Notes: generated by a model from the sequence alone, not told the origin. Positions 40,293 through 51,116 are shown, numbered from the stretch's first letter. The stretch: 64,000 nt of DNA from Dehalococcoidia bacterium (GCA_965203505.1 OZ241880.1:2858206-2922205), one strand, 5' to 3'. Program-made: numbers and translations.

Positions 40293-41123
40293 TCAGCGCT
40301 CGGTAACCGAGCCGCCGTTGATGTTGATCGCCTGACCAGTGATGTAAGCCGCACGCGGGCTACAGAGGAATCCGATAAGCTCTCCGACTTCCATGTCTTC
40401 TGCCGGCCTGCCAAGCGGCACTTGAGCGGCGCGACTCCACCACGCGTCGCCGCGACCGATTGGATCTAACCGCGCCGTCTCCGTCATACCGGGGCAGACG
40501 CAATTCGCGGTTATATCGTGTTCCGCCACTTCCTTGGCCAAAGCTTGCGTGAAACCATCCACCGCGAAGTTGGCGGCGTTGTAAGCCGCCATGTTGGCAT
40601 TGCCGCGTTTTCCCGCCGTCGAAGAGATGTTGATGATGCGTCCGCCGTTGCCTTGCTCGATCATCTGAAGCGCCGCCGCTTTTGAGCAAAGGTAAGTCCC
40701 GACTACCTTCACCTCTAGCACCTTCTTGAATACATCTTCCGCAACTTCGACAACCGGCACTCGGTCCGCACCGTACGGTGCCGCGGCGTTGTTTATGAAG
40801 ATGTCGACACTGCCCAACTTACTCACGCTGTCGTCGATCAATTTCTGCACTTCGTCGGCATTCGTCACATCCATAACGACCGGCAGAGCCCGGACACCAA
40901 ACGACCGCACTTCGTCGGCAGTCGATTCGATGTCGCGCCAACCAGCATCCTTCTCGTCAGGTGGGAACGTCGCGGGGTCGCGCCCTGTGCCTGTCACGAC
41001 GACATCCGCCCCCATTCGAGCCAAAACATTAGCGGTCGCTCGACCAATACCTCGTAACCTTCCAGCCCCTGTTACGATGGCGACCTTGCCGCTCAATTCA
41101 CGCTCTGATCCTGTCATCGTCAA
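40293..41123 (-). CDS. SDR family oxidoreductase (FabG-like)
   Basis: GKVAIVTGAGRLRGIGRA and active-site segment MAAYNAANFAV (YxxxN/K-type). Confidence 0.85.
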   Translation of the reverse strand: MTMTGSERELSGKVAIVTGAGRLRGIGRATANVLARMGADVVVTGTGRDPATFPPDEKDAGWRDIESTADEVRSFGVRALPVVMDVTNADEVQKLIDDSVSKLGSVDIFINNAAAPYGADRVPVVEVAEDVFKKVLEVKVVGTYLCSKAAALQMIEQGNGGRIINISSTAGKRGNANMAAYNAANFAVDGFTQALAKEVAEHDITANCVCPGMTETARLDPIGRGDAWWSRAAQVPLGRPAEDMEVGELIGFLCSPRAAYITGQAININGGSVTER

Positions 41124-41184
41124 TCCTCCCGAGAAAATTAAGGGTTAGACGCGAGCAATTGCTGAGCAGCAATTGTACGGAGGT

Positions 41185-42336
41185 CTACGCCCCCGGCGCG
41201 CCAAGCGTCACCGGAATCTCCATGATCGTTGCATCTTGACCCGCGCCGCGCACCGCCGTGACCAAGATGTCCGTTCCGCGCGGATGCGTGCGCAAGAACT
41301 CGGTGAAATCGGTCTTGCCGCGAATTGGTGTGTCGTCGATCTCTACGATGATGTCATCGACCATGAAACCGACAGCCGCCGGGGAATCGGGGTCAACGTA
41401 CCGGACTCCGAATCCTTCGCTGACCGGCAACGCCTGTTGAAAGGCGATGTAAGGCGTGACATCCACGCCGCCCACACCTAGATAACCGGGACTCTCACGC
41501 TCTCCCAACGCCACCAAACGTCCTGCACCCGCCACAACGGTGTTGATGTCAAGCGCAAAGTTTGCGCCTTGACCAACGTTGATCGTACCTAGGTTGATCC
41601 CGATGACCTCGCCCGCGGAGTTTACCAGCGCACCTCCGCTGCTACCAAGGTTGATCGCCGCGTCCGTCTGGATCAGACCGTCGAAAATGTTGCCGTTCTC
41701 GTCCGCCACCGTGCGGTTCAACGCACTCACAACGCCGCGACTGACGCTCGGGCCGCCGCTGAGGCCAAATGCATGTCCGATAGAGACCACATCCTCACCT
41801 ACACGGAGAACATCGGAATTGCCGAATGTGGCAGCCGAAAGGTCTACGGAATCGACTTGAAGGAGAGCCAGGTCAAGCGAACTATCTTCCCTCAATAGAG
41901 TAGCGCCATAACGTTTGCCTACGTTCGAAGTGATTTCGATCTCTTCTGCACCTTCAATTACGTGCCAATTCGTGACGATCGAACCAGACGAATTGAACAC
42001 TATTCCCGTCCCGCGTCCTACGCCATCCGCTCGACGTACCGTGACGTTGACGATCGATGGTGCCGTTGCGTCGACGACATCGGGTATCCACGAATTCGAC
42101 GCCCCAGTTTCACGCTTGAATACCGCTGTCGATTCGGGTGACCCATTCGACGGTGTGGAGGACACACAAGCCGAAACCGCCATGGCGATGATTGCCATTC
42201 CGACGATGGCTAGCGCCAAGCTTGACGTTAACCGCTGTTTGAGTTCCACTTCATGCCTCCTGACCGCTCGAGAAAGTGGATGGAGGTGCTTAGTTGCATT
42301 ATATCGGCGGTGATGCTGGCACTGGTTCCGAGTCAC
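41185..42336 (-). CDS. HtrA/DegP-like S1C serine protease with PDZ domain
   Basis: Triad context TNWHVIEGA, DLALLQV, GSSGGALVN, with a C-terminal PDZ domain. The start is uncertain: a signal-like AIIAMAVSAC begins about 45 aa into the ORF. Confidence 0.85.
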   Translation of the reverse strand: MTRNQCQHHRRYNATKHLHPLSRAVRRHEVELKQRLTSSLALAIVGMAIIAMAVSACVSSTPSNGSPESTAVFKRETGASNSWIPDVVDATAPSIVNVTVRRADGVGRGTGIVFNSSGSIVTNWHVIEGAEEIEITSNVGKRYGATLLREDSSLDLALLQVDSVDLSAATFGNSDVLRVGEDVVSIGHAFGLSGGPSVSRGVVSALNRTVADENGNIFDGLIQTDAAINLGSSGGALVNSAGEVIGINLGTINVGQGANFALDINTVVAGAGRLVALGERESPGYLGVGGVDVTPYIAFQQALPVSEGFGVRYVDPDSPAAVGFMVDDIIVEIDDTPIRGKTDFTEFLRTHPRGTDILVTAVRGAGQDATIMEIPVTLGAPGA

Positions 42337-42643
42337 CTCGAAACACTGCCGTTGATCGCGAAACCAACGAACTTTCCGACCAGCTTATTCGCCAATTGCC
42401 ATGAAATTGTCAAGACCGCCGACAGATCGAGTTGCGTGAAGAACCAAACAGTGTCTTTCGGCGTAATACTTGGTTGTCGCTTTTACCATCTGACATGATC
42501 GCAAAACTCCGCGTTACAATTGTGGGTTGGGATTCTGAGACGTCGTTGGTCGAATTTCGCATGATCTTCATGCGCCATCAGTCTTCGTAAGCCCCAATTC
42601 ATCATGCTCAGCTCATAAACCGCGGCACTAAAGGACGCGAGAA

Positions 42644-45600
42644 CTGAACTTCCTCAGATTTACACTGCGCCGGATCTCGGGCGAAGGAACGCTTTTAATA
42701 GGCGCATTTATCGGGTCTCTGATCACCGCAACTGTTGTCGCCGGTGCACCCGTGTACCTTCGCACGCTCGAACGCGCCGGCGTTCAAGACACGATCGACT
42801 CTGCCGACAGTACCTACACCCACCTTCAAGTGAGCACAAGGTGGCTACCATTGGAAGTCGGCAAATACGTCGCGGCGAACGAATCGCTAGCCGCCGCCCA
42901 GGAAGAATATCTTGACGGTGCTTTCACGGGCGATGCGTCCCTGATAAAAACACGTCGTGCCAATTGGGGCAAGCAAGGCGAAGGATTGCGCCGGCACAAC
43001 GAAGCCTCGCGGGCAATGTTCTTGTCGATGACCGGCATCGACGATCGCATCGTGTACATCGACGGTCGCGCACCGTCAAATCGTCTCGTTTACTCCGAGA
43101 ACGTTCCCACCGTCGAGGCCGCTATCGTTTGGGATCGCGCATCACGGTTCGACATCCGAATCGGCGATGTCATCGAAACCGTCCCGGAAGCCCGCGGCAT
43201 CGGTCTCGTCAATGTCACCATCACCGGAATCTTCACTGTTCCCGATCCGTCCGACGACTATTGGGTCGGACTATCGGACCCTATAGTTCGCCCGATGCCG
43301 ATAGTAGATGGGCGCGAACCACCAATCGTGATGCTGGTTCATCCTTCCGTGATGCTGAACACGGTGGCCGAAGCCAACGCCGGGTTGCCCGCCGATTTCA
43401 GTTGGTATCTCTACGTCGATACCGACTACTTCAAACTTTTGAACCTCAACGAATCCATCAGCAGGCTCACAGAATTCGAAGAAAGGATCGGTATCGAGAT
43501 CACGCGCGCCGACGTGTTGACGATCCTCGATTCGCGGTTGAATTCGTTGCAACGACGGATGTTGTTCGCTCGAATACCGATGTTGCTATTGGCCGCGTTG
43601 GCAATCACATCGATCGCCTACTATCTGTTCATGGTCGCCGGCATCATCGCCCGGCGTCGATCCCTGGAAACATCGATGCTGCGCAGCAGAGGCATCACAG
43701 TTTTGCAGGTGATCCGCTCATACGCGATCGAAAGCGTGTTGATAGCCGGAGTGCCGGCTTTAGTCGCGCCAATCGTCGCCGTCGGCTTGGTAGCATCCCT
43801 CGGGCTGCTGCCCGCATACCAAAGCGTCAACGAATCACTGTTCCTGAATGTCGAATTTGCTTGGCAATCATGGATCTGGTCGATCACCGCAGGATTCGCA
43901 GTCTTCGCGATATTGCTGCTGCCGGCCATACTCGGCACCCGCCGCGGGATCATCGACCAGTATCAGTCGGAGGCACGACCAGAACGCGCACCACTTTTCC
44001 AGCGCTACTACTTAGATGTCATTTTCCTCGTGATCGGTTCACTCGTCTGGTGGGAACTCACCACTAGAGGCACGGTCATCGCCTCGACCAGAGAGGGCGA
44101 AAACTCCGCTGACATCACGCTGCTGTTCTCACCCGCAATATTCTTGCTCGTCGTCGCACTCCTGTTTATGCGTCTCTTCCCGATCCTGGCGCAAATCATC
44201 GCGGTCGTCGGATCCAGATTCCCATCCGTTGAGGTGACTCTCGGACTTTGGCGGCTTCGCCGTAGCCCGTATTGGTACGTCTGGCCGGTTTTGCTGCTGG
44301 TTCTGGTCTCTGGCTTGGGTGTGGTTTCTGGCACTCTGGCTTCAACTCTCGCGCGAAGCACGGAAGAACAGATCCTCTACGAATCGGGAGCCGATTTCCG
44401 GTTTGTACCGACCCAACCGCCGAGCAATGAAAAAGTTGAAGCATCTCGAAACATCGATGGCGTCGTCAACGCCACACAGGCGTTCAGAGCTTCCGGTCGA
44501 TTCGGCACCACGGCACTGGGATTTCAGTTCAATCTCCTCGCCGTCGACTCAGACATATTCGCCCAAACCGCTTGGTTCAGAGAAGATTTTTCGGAGACCG
44601 AGTTCCAAGAGCTGACCTCGAAGATCGCCGTCGAGGTTAAACCTGAACCTATATTCCTGCCGCCCGACACCGTCAAACTCGGTGCATGGGCTAGAGCCGA
44701 GCCGAGGGTCGAAAATCTGTTCCTTTGGTACGTCATCAAAGACGCCAGAGGACGTTCGAGAACTATCACCCTCGGGCAGATAGAAGGCGAGTGGCAACAG
44801 CAGGTTGCAGAACTTTCGAGCAAGTTCACCGAACCCGCTCAGATTGTGTCGGTGCAGACCTTCATGCAAGCGGGGCCCGACGGAGCTGAGCCTACCGTGG
44901 TTTTCATCGACGACGTTTACGCCGAAAACAGCCAAGGAGAGAGATTCATCCTCGCTGATTTCGACGGTTCGGAAGAATGGACCGGCATGCCGACTTCCAA
45001 CGGCCTCGACGTAACTTTCGGCATTTCAGATGAACCCGACGGACTCGTTGTCGGGGTGCCCGGTGATCGTGGGCCGTCAGTCGCTCGAATCGAGATGGAC
45101 CGCGGCAACGATCAAGGCGTTAGAGGTATCTATCGAACCGCGACCGGCGAACCGCTGCCCGTGATCGCCAGCGATGCATTGATGTTCTCGACAAACACCG
45201 ATGTCGGATCGAAATTTATCGTTCAAATCAACGGAGGATACTTGCCCGTCGAGATCGTCGACACCGTGACATACTTCCCGACGTTGAACCCCTCACGCGC
45301 ACCGTTCATGGTTTCGAACGTCGAATCGACTATCGATTTCCTGGAGTTGCGTGGCTTGACGGCTCAAAGACCCAACGAACTTTTCGTCTCGATCGAACCC
45401 GATATGCACGCTTCTGCGCTGCGCGACTTGCGTGAAGTTCTCGGCTTCGGCGCGTTGACCGACCGCGCCAGCCTGCTTGAAGATTCAACTGTAGACCCAT
45501 TAGTAGTGGCAGGATGGCGAGGTATCAGTATCGTCTCCATTCTGATGGCTGGTGTCGCCGCAGCTTTCGGTTATATGACCTATCTTGCCGCGCACGCTTA

Positions 45601-45934
45601 CCGCACCAAAAAAGAATCGGCCCTGCTATCGAGTATGGGAATGAAAACGTCTTCATTCGGCGTGTTGGTGTTGATCGAACATGCCATGGTGGCCCTGCTC
45701 GGAATGGGCATCGGGATCGCTAGCGGTTGGTACGTGAGCCGTCTCGCGGTCAGCAGTCTGACGTTCACCCAATCGGGCGGCGAACTCTTACCACCTTTCG
45801 TGATGCAGACGAACTGGGTCCCTGTAGCGATTCTGGCCGCTGTCATCATTGGCGCGACGCTCATCGCCGTTTACACCATCATGCGCCAATACCGCACTTT
45901 GCCGATACACGAGTTGACACGCGACGCGAATTAA
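42644..45934 (+). CDS. Large double-FtsX-domain ABC permease 1 (MacB/BceB-like, about 10 TM)
   Basis: The ORF track starts at GTG 42752, but the in-frame upstream codons (after TAA 42629-42631) encode NFLRFTLRRISGEGTLLIGAFIGSLITATVVAGAP, the TM1 that matches the N-terminus of permease 2. The only start-like codon there is CTG at 42644. Two FtsX modules are separated by large extracytoplasmic domains. Confidence 0.75.
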   Translation: MNFLRFTLRRISGEGTLLIGAFIGSLITATVVAGAPVYLRTLERAGVQDTIDSADSTYTHLQVSTRWLPLEVGKYVAANESLAAAQEEYLDGAFTGDASLIKTRRANWGKQGEGLRRHNEASRAMFLSMTGIDDRIVYIDGRAPSNRLVYSENVPTVEAAIVWDRASRFDIRIGDVIETVPEARGIGLVNVTITGIFTVPDPSDDYWVGLSDPIVRPMPIVDGREPPIVMLVHPSVMLNTVAEANAGLPADFSWYLYVDTDYFKLLNLNESISRLTEFEERIGIEITRADVLTILDSRLNSLQRRMLFARIPMLLLAALAITSIAYYLFMVAGIIARRRSLETSMLRSRGITVLQVIRSYAIESVLIAGVPALVAPIVAVGLVASLGLLPAYQSVNESLFLNVEFAWQSWIWSITAGFAVFAILLLPAILGTRRGIIDQYQSEARPERAPLFQRYYLDVIFLVIGSLVWWELTTRGTVIASTREGENSADITLLFSPAIFLLVVALLFMRLFPILAQIIAVVGSRFPSVEVTLGLWRLRRSPYWYVWPVLLLVLVSGLGVVSGTLASTLARSTEEQILYESGADFRFVPTQPPSNEKVEASRNIDGVVNATQAFRASGRFGTTALGFQFNLLAVDSDIFAQTAWFREDFSETEFQELTSKIAVEVKPEPIFLPPDTVKLGAWARAEPRVENLFLWYVIKDARGRSRTITLGQIEGEWQQQVAELSSKFTEPAQIVSVQTFMQAGPDGAEPTVVFIDDVYAENSQGERFILADFDGSEEWTGMPTSNGLDVTFGISDEPDGLVVGVPGDRGPSVARIEMDRGNDQGVRGIYRTATGEPLPVIASDALMFSTNTDVGSKFIVQINGGYLPVEIVDTVTYFPTLNPSRAPFMVSNVESTIDFLELRGLTAQRPNELFVSIEPDMHASALRDLREVLGFGALTDRASLLEDSTVDPLVVAGWRGISIVSILMAGVAAAFGYMTYLAAHAYRTKKESALLSSMGMKTSSFGVLVLIEHAMVALLGMGIGIASGWYVSRLAVSSLTFTQSGGELLPPFVMQTNWVPVAILAAVIIGATLIAVYTIMRQYRTLPIHELTRDAN

Positions 45935-45940
45935 ATCGAG

Positions 45941-48900
45941 ATGCGCAGCACGATACAACTCATGCTCAAACGCACAATCGCGAACTGGCGATTGTTGTCG
46001 GCCGTAATCATCGGCTCCGTCCTCGCAGGCACCATCATGTCTGCCACCGTTGTCTATTTCGAATCCCTCAGGGACATCGCGCTCCAGAAGGAGTTGGCAG
46101 ATCAAAATCCCGCCGACCTCGACATACTCATCGAAGCCGATCAGACTCCGATCAACAACGAAACGCACGCGGAACTCACCAGCTCTATGGAGGCCTTGCT
46201 GCTCGCCCGCGTCGGGAAGTTCACCACGCAATACAACCGCGCCATGCGAAGTTGGACCTTCTTTGTCGATGAACCTCCCGAACTGGTTCCGATGGGCGAG
46301 TGCCCTTGCAGGCCGACAGTCGCAGAACCCGATTCCTTCAACGAACGCGACGAACCATTGATCGAGTGCGATTGCCGCCGAATTCAATGCTTGACCGTGC
46401 CGGACGAACCGCACAGCATCGATGTCACCCAAGGGCGATTCCCAGAGATCAACGCCGAGCCTGCCCCCGGCTCCGATCTGACGATAGAAGCATTGCTCGA
46501 CGAGGACGCATCCGAACTTTTTGATCTCGAACTCGGCGACGTGATCCCGGCACGTCCTCACTGGGACGAACAGAACCTCAACGTCAACATCCGCCTGGCT
46601 GGCATCTACGAACGGGCACATCCCGAAGACCCAGAGTGGAGGATTTTCGACCAAGCGTTCGGTTCCCGAAGCACAACTTTGGAGTTCGCACAGTTCATCG
46701 TGCCGCAGCAAGCGATGCTCGAAACCCTGGGCGTCTATTTCCCCAACATGGGCGCGGAATACGCATGGTTCCTAGACGTTGAGCCGACCACGATCCACGC
46801 AACCGACACACAAGAGATCCGCCAAACACTCGAGATCACCGAAAACGAGCTCAGATCGCAGGTCGACGGATTCGTGCTGGATACCGAGCTCGACAAAACA
46901 CTGCTCCGGTACGAGATCGAACTCTTCTTTAACCGGTTGCCAATGTTCATCGTCCTGATCCTGATCGTCTTGGTCGTGGTTTACTACACCGCCACGCTCG
47001 CCGGACTTCTGATTGAGGCACAATCTGCCGATGTCGCTCTGCTGAGAGGACGCGGCACAACGTCAAGGCAGTTGTTATTGATGTTTGCGGTCGAGACGGT
47101 GATAATCGCAGCTTTCGCCATAGTCTGCGGTCCGTTCCTCGCCATCTGGGGCGTTTCATTCCTCGGCACGTTGCCATTCTTCGGCGAACTTAATGCCGGT
47201 GAAGCCCTGCCCGTGAACCTGACGCGCAGCGTATACGTCATGGCTGCCATAGGTTCGGTAATGACCATGATCGCGCTCATGATCCCGGCATTTCGAGTTA
47301 CGCAACAAGGCGTCATCGCCGAGCGCGCTGGGCGAGCCAGACCCCAGAGATTAGCCTTCATCCAACGCTACTACCTAGACCTAGGATTTCTGGCTGTGGT
47401 CCTGTTTCTTTTCTGGCAACTCACCAGACAAGGCTCGTTCGTGGCTAACGACCTATTCGGCGAAACCACCGTGAACCAAGTGATACTAGCAGTTCCAGCG
47501 CTCTTCCTAGTCGCCGCCGGCGTCGTATTGCTGCGGGTCTTCCCGCTGGCAATGGATCTACTCGGAAGATTGATGACCACCGGTATCGCTTCGAGGATCA
47601 TCTCCCCCGCAGTGGTGTTGGGAATATGGCAGATGGCGCGCAACCCAGCCCACTACTCCCGGGTTTCGCTTCTCTTGATACTGACCGCTGGTTTGGGCGT
47701 GTTCGCCGCAAGCTTTGCCGCAACCCTCGAGCGCAGCGCCCGCGATCAGGTCCTCTACCAAACTGGCGGCGAAATCCGCGTGCCCGGAATTTCGAATCGG
47801 CCCGGCGGACGGTCGTTCAATCTCGAAGAGGACCTCAAGAGCATCAAAGGCATCGAGGACGCCACCACAATCTACCGTCTGCGCGGTTCCTTCACCGCTG
47901 GATTCAACTTCGATCAATTCTCAGTCCTAGCCGTAGACCCCGACGAAATCAGCGGCATAGCATGGCGACGTGAAGACTTTACCGACGACGACTACGCAAC
48001 AACATTCCAATCGATAGCGTTCGATTCGGACGAGGGTATACCGCTGCCAGAAGACGCACGGTTCATTACCGCCCGTGTAAAGCCGTTATTCCCGATGCAA
48101 GAGGTGCGATTCGTCGCCCGACTCAGCGACGCCAACAATCGGTTTTACAGCGTCGATTTAGGCAATCTGTTCCCTGAATCGCGTTCACGAAACCGATTCC
48201 CGTGCGTTCTCGAATATGCAGACTCCGAAAACGACGAGTTCCCGTTGCCTTCATGGTGTCGCATCGGCACGTCCCTGCAACCAGCGCCGTTCGGAAGGGA
48301 ACGCGTCCTGCTGCCTGTCGGCCCACTCAAGCTACATTCGATCGGCGTTTCGACTTTCGACGGATCGCTGAGAAGCGGTGCCGTCGACATCGACGACATC
48401 TCCACCATCAGCAACGACGGCACCAAGATGTACCGTCTCGAATTCTTCGATGGCGAATCCGGCTATACATGGAATCTGATGAGACCAACATCAGAGGCTT
48501 TTGCCGATACGCTCGATCCATCGCCTTTGCCGCCCGAAGAGGCCGAAAATCCGGGCATAATGCGACTGCGCTGGGCTGCTGGCTCCTTGAACGAATTCCG
48601 CGGAATCTCATCCGGACGCACTATCGAAAACATCCCGGTGTTGGCGAGCGAGTCACTGCTCGACAAGATCGGCGCAAGAGTCGGCGAAACAATCGGCGTC
48701 TCGATCGACAACGAAAGAACCTCCCTCGATATCGTCGGAGTCATCGACTATTTCCCGACACTCAACCCAGAAGAGAGCAGCTTCGTCGTCATGGATTTCG
48801 ATGCTGCCCACAACTTGGTCAACGCCCGGCGCCACACCGGCGAACGCGTCGCGAACGAAGCCTGGCTCAAGACCGAAGCCGGAACGCCATCTATCGAACA

Positions 48901-49486
48901 GCTAGAGATGATGAAGGACGAAGCCGACGGCTCTCGCCTTCGATACACCGCCACGTCTTCAGTCGAACGCAACATCGATCTGTTACGCCTAAGGTCTGGT
49001 CCCATTAACGACCGTTTGGCACTGTTGGCCGGCGTGAGCGTCGATCCGTTGGTCTCCGAAGGTTGGAGAGCGCTGCTAGGCGTCGCGTTCGTTACCGTTC
49101 TGATAGTGAGCGCAATCGGATTCGTCGTCCATACACGCGTCGCGTTCCGCCGCCGCCTCGCCGAATTCGCACTCCTGAGGACCATCGGACTATCGATGCG
49201 TCAGCTCCTGCTGCTCATATTGCTCGAACAAGTGATCGTGGTGGGAGTCGCCGTCGCGATCGGCATCTTCATGGGCACTCGCCTAGGCGACACGATCATT
49301 CCATACCTCGCACGTTCCGGCCAAGACGCCAACGTGGTGCCGCCGATGACCCTTGAAATATACTGGACTGGGTTCGCGACCACGTTCGGATTGCTCGCCA
49401 TCGTATTCGCAGTGGTCATCGCAATCAGCCTAGTTTCCGTCTACAGCATGGCTATCCATCGAGTGATGCGCATCGGAGAAGCCTAA
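45941..49486 (+). CDS. Large double-FtsX-domain ABC permease 2
   Basis: 1181 aa. MRSTIQLMLKRTIANWRLLSAVIIGSVLAG..., two FtsX-type 4-TM modules, and a Cys-rich first extracytoplasmic domain (ECPCRP...ECDCRRIQC). Confidence 0.8.
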   Translation: MRSTIQLMLKRTIANWRLLSAVIIGSVLAGTIMSATVVYFESLRDIALQKELADQNPADLDILIEADQTPINNETHAELTSSMEALLLARVGKFTTQYNRAMRSWTFFVDEPPELVPMGECPCRPTVAEPDSFNERDEPLIECDCRRIQCLTVPDEPHSIDVTQGRFPEINAEPAPGSDLTIEALLDEDASELFDLELGDVIPARPHWDEQNLNVNIRLAGIYERAHPEDPEWRIFDQAFGSRSTTLEFAQFIVPQQAMLETLGVYFPNMGAEYAWFLDVEPTTIHATDTQEIRQTLEITENELRSQVDGFVLDTELDKTLLRYEIELFFNRLPMFIVLILIVLVVVYYTATLAGLLIEAQSADVALLRGRGTTSRQLLLMFAVETVIIAAFAIVCGPFLAIWGVSFLGTLPFFGELNAGEALPVNLTRSVYVMAAIGSVMTMIALMIPAFRVTQQGVIAERAGRARPQRLAFIQRYYLDLGFLAVVLFLFWQLTRQGSFVANDLFGETTVNQVILAVPALFLVAAGVVLLRVFPLAMDLLGRLMTTGIASRIISPAVVLGIWQMARNPAHYSRVSLLLILTAGLGVFAASFAATLERSARDQVLYQTGGEIRVPGISNRPGGRSFNLEEDLKSIKGIEDATTIYRLRGSFTAGFNFDQFSVLAVDPDEISGIAWRREDFTDDDYATTFQSIAFDSDEGIPLPEDARFITARVKPLFPMQEVRFVARLSDANNRFYSVDLGNLFPESRSRNRFPCVLEYADSENDEFPLPSWCRIGTSLQPAPFGRERVLLPVGPLKLHSIGVSTFDGSLRSGAVDIDDISTISNDGTKMYRLEFFDGESGYTWNLMRPTSEAFADTLDPSPLPPEEAENPGIMRLRWAAGSLNEFRGISSGRTIENIPVLASESLLDKIGARVGETIGVSIDNERTSLDIVGVIDYFPTLNPEESSFVVMDFDAAHNLVNARRHTGERVANEAWLKTEAGTPSIEQLEMMKDEADGSRLRYTATSSVERNIDLLRLRSGPINDRLALLAGVSVDPLVSEGWRALLGVAFVTVLIVSAIGFVVHTRVAFRRRLAEFALLRTIGLSMRQLLLLILLEQVIVVGVAVAIGIFMGTRLGDTIIPYLARSGQDANVVPPMTLEIYWTGFATTFGLLAIVFAVVIAISLVSVYSMAIHRVMRIGEA

Positions 49487-49534
49487 GCATTTCCACCAGT
49501 CGCAAACACCACTGAATTACCGGAGACATCGAAC

Positions 49535-50413
49535 TTGGACGCAAGCAACAGCGAATACATCATCTGCAGCGGCCTCTACAAGATATACAAAGCCGCCGGA
49601 CTCGAAGTCGTCGCACTGCGCGGCTTGGAACTCACCGTCTATGAAGGCGAGATTATCGCAATCGTCGGCGCTTCAGGCTCCGGCAAATCGACCCTTCTGA
49701 ACATCCTGGCAGGATACGATTCACCATCCGCTGGCACCGCCCGTGTCGGAGATTTCGACCTGCTCCACATGACCAGCAAAGAGGTCGTCGACTACCGACG
49801 CCACGAAGTCGGATTCATCTGGCAGGAAACCTCACGAAACCTCTTCCCGTATCTCACCGCCGCCGAAAACGTCGAACTACCCATGGTTCTGACCGGCGTC
49901 TCACAAACCGATCGCAACGACCGCGCGAAAGAGCTTCTAGAGATCGTCGGACTCGGCCACCGCACCGCACACAGACCGGAGCAGCTGTCAGGAGGCGAGC
50001 AGCAGCGAGTCGCCATCGCCGTCAGCCTCGCGAACCAACCGCCACTTTTGCTGGCCGACGAACCCACCGGAGAACTCGATGATCTCACCGGACAAGAAAT
50101 CCTAGACCTGTTCAACGAAGTCAACCAGCAGTTAGGCACCACTATCGTCATCGTCACACACGATCCCGCCGTCGCGACCAGCGTCGGACGAGCCATCACG
50201 ATCCGAGATGGCAAAACCAGCACCGAAACCACACGCAAAGTCTCGTTCCAACGCAGGGTCGGGGGGAGCGCGAGCGACACTGAAGAGTTCCTGATCGTCG
50301 ATTCGTCTGGTTCCGTGCAAATTCCCAGAGACATGCTCGACCAACTCGAAATTAACCGAAGAGTCCGAGTCGCCGTTAACCAAGGAAAGGTGACCCTTGA
50401 ATCAGGTGAATGA
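49535..50413 (+). CDS. ABC ATPase 1 (MacB/LolD-type) with about 65-aa C-terminal extension
   Basis: GASGSGKST, LSGGEQQRV and LLLADEPTGELD. The C-terminal tail is ...FLIVDSSGSVQIPRDMLDQLEINRRVRVAV. Confidence 0.9.
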   Translation: MDASNSEYIICSGLYKIYKAAGLEVVALRGLELTVYEGEIIAIVGASGSGKSTLLNILAGYDSPSAGTARVGDFDLLHMTSKEVVDYRRHEVGFIWQETSRNLFPYLTAAENVELPMVLTGVSQTDRNDRAKELLEIVGLGHRTAHRPEQLSGGEQQRVAIAVSLANQPPLLLADEPTGELDDLTGQEILDLFNEVNQQLGTTIVIVTHDPAVATSVGRAITIRDGKTSTETTRKVSFQRRVGGSASDTEEFLIVDSSGSVQIPRDMLDQLEINRRVRVAVNQGKVTLESGE

Positions 50414-51116
50414 AAACCGCAACGGCGATCCGACCATTGAAGCCATCGAGGTGACGCGCACCTTCCAATTGGCAGGTGAAGACGTTACCGCAGTTAAACA
50501 GCTCAGCTTCAACGTCCACCACGGACAATTCATAGCATTGGTAGGCCGATCCGGGTCCGGCAAAACAACCCTGTTGAACCTGCTCGCAGGTCTTGACCAC
50601 CCGACGACCGGAAAAGTGCTGTTCGAAGGCCGAGACATGGCCGATTTCAACGAGCGAGACTTTATCGAACTGCGCCGAAACCGCATTGGCGTCGTATTTC
50701 AATCATTCGCACTCCTGCCTCTGCTGTCGGCATACGAAAACGTCGAGTTGCCCATGCGTATCGCAGGACTCTCCGCTCGCGAACGTTCCGAACGGACTAA
50801 CGACGCATTGGAGATGGTCGCCCTAGGCCGTCGCGCCCGCCATCGACCTTACGAACTATCCGGCGGTGAACAGCAACGAGTATCCATCGCACGCGCCATC
50901 GCCATGCGACCCGACATCGTACTCGCCGACGAACCCACCGGCGAACTCGACTCAAGCAACGCACAGTCCATATTCGGACTCTTCCGCGAGATGGTCACCC
51001 ACCAAGGAATGTCCGTAGTCGCAACCACCCACGACCACACCCTCCTAGACATGGCAGACCGAATCTACACCATGCAAGACGGCGAGATGGAACTCACCGA
51101 AGATCGGTTGAGTTGA
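50397..51116 (+). CDS. ABC ATPase 2 (MacB/LolD-type)
   Basis: GRSGSGKTT, LSGGEQQRV, IVLADEPTGELD and H-loop ATTHDH. Overlaps ATPase 1 by 17 nt. Confidence 0.9.
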   Translation: MNQVNENRNGDPTIEAIEVTRTFQLAGEDVTAVKQLSFNVHHGQFIALVGRSGSGKTTLLNLLAGLDHPTTGKVLFEGRDMADFNERDFIELRRNRIGVVFQSFALLPLLSAYENVELPMRIAGLSARERSERTNDALEMVALGRRARHRPYELSGGEQQRVSIARAIAMRPDIVLADEPTGELDSSNAQSIFGLFREMVTHQGMSVVATTHDHTLLDMADRIYTMQDGEMELTEDRLS

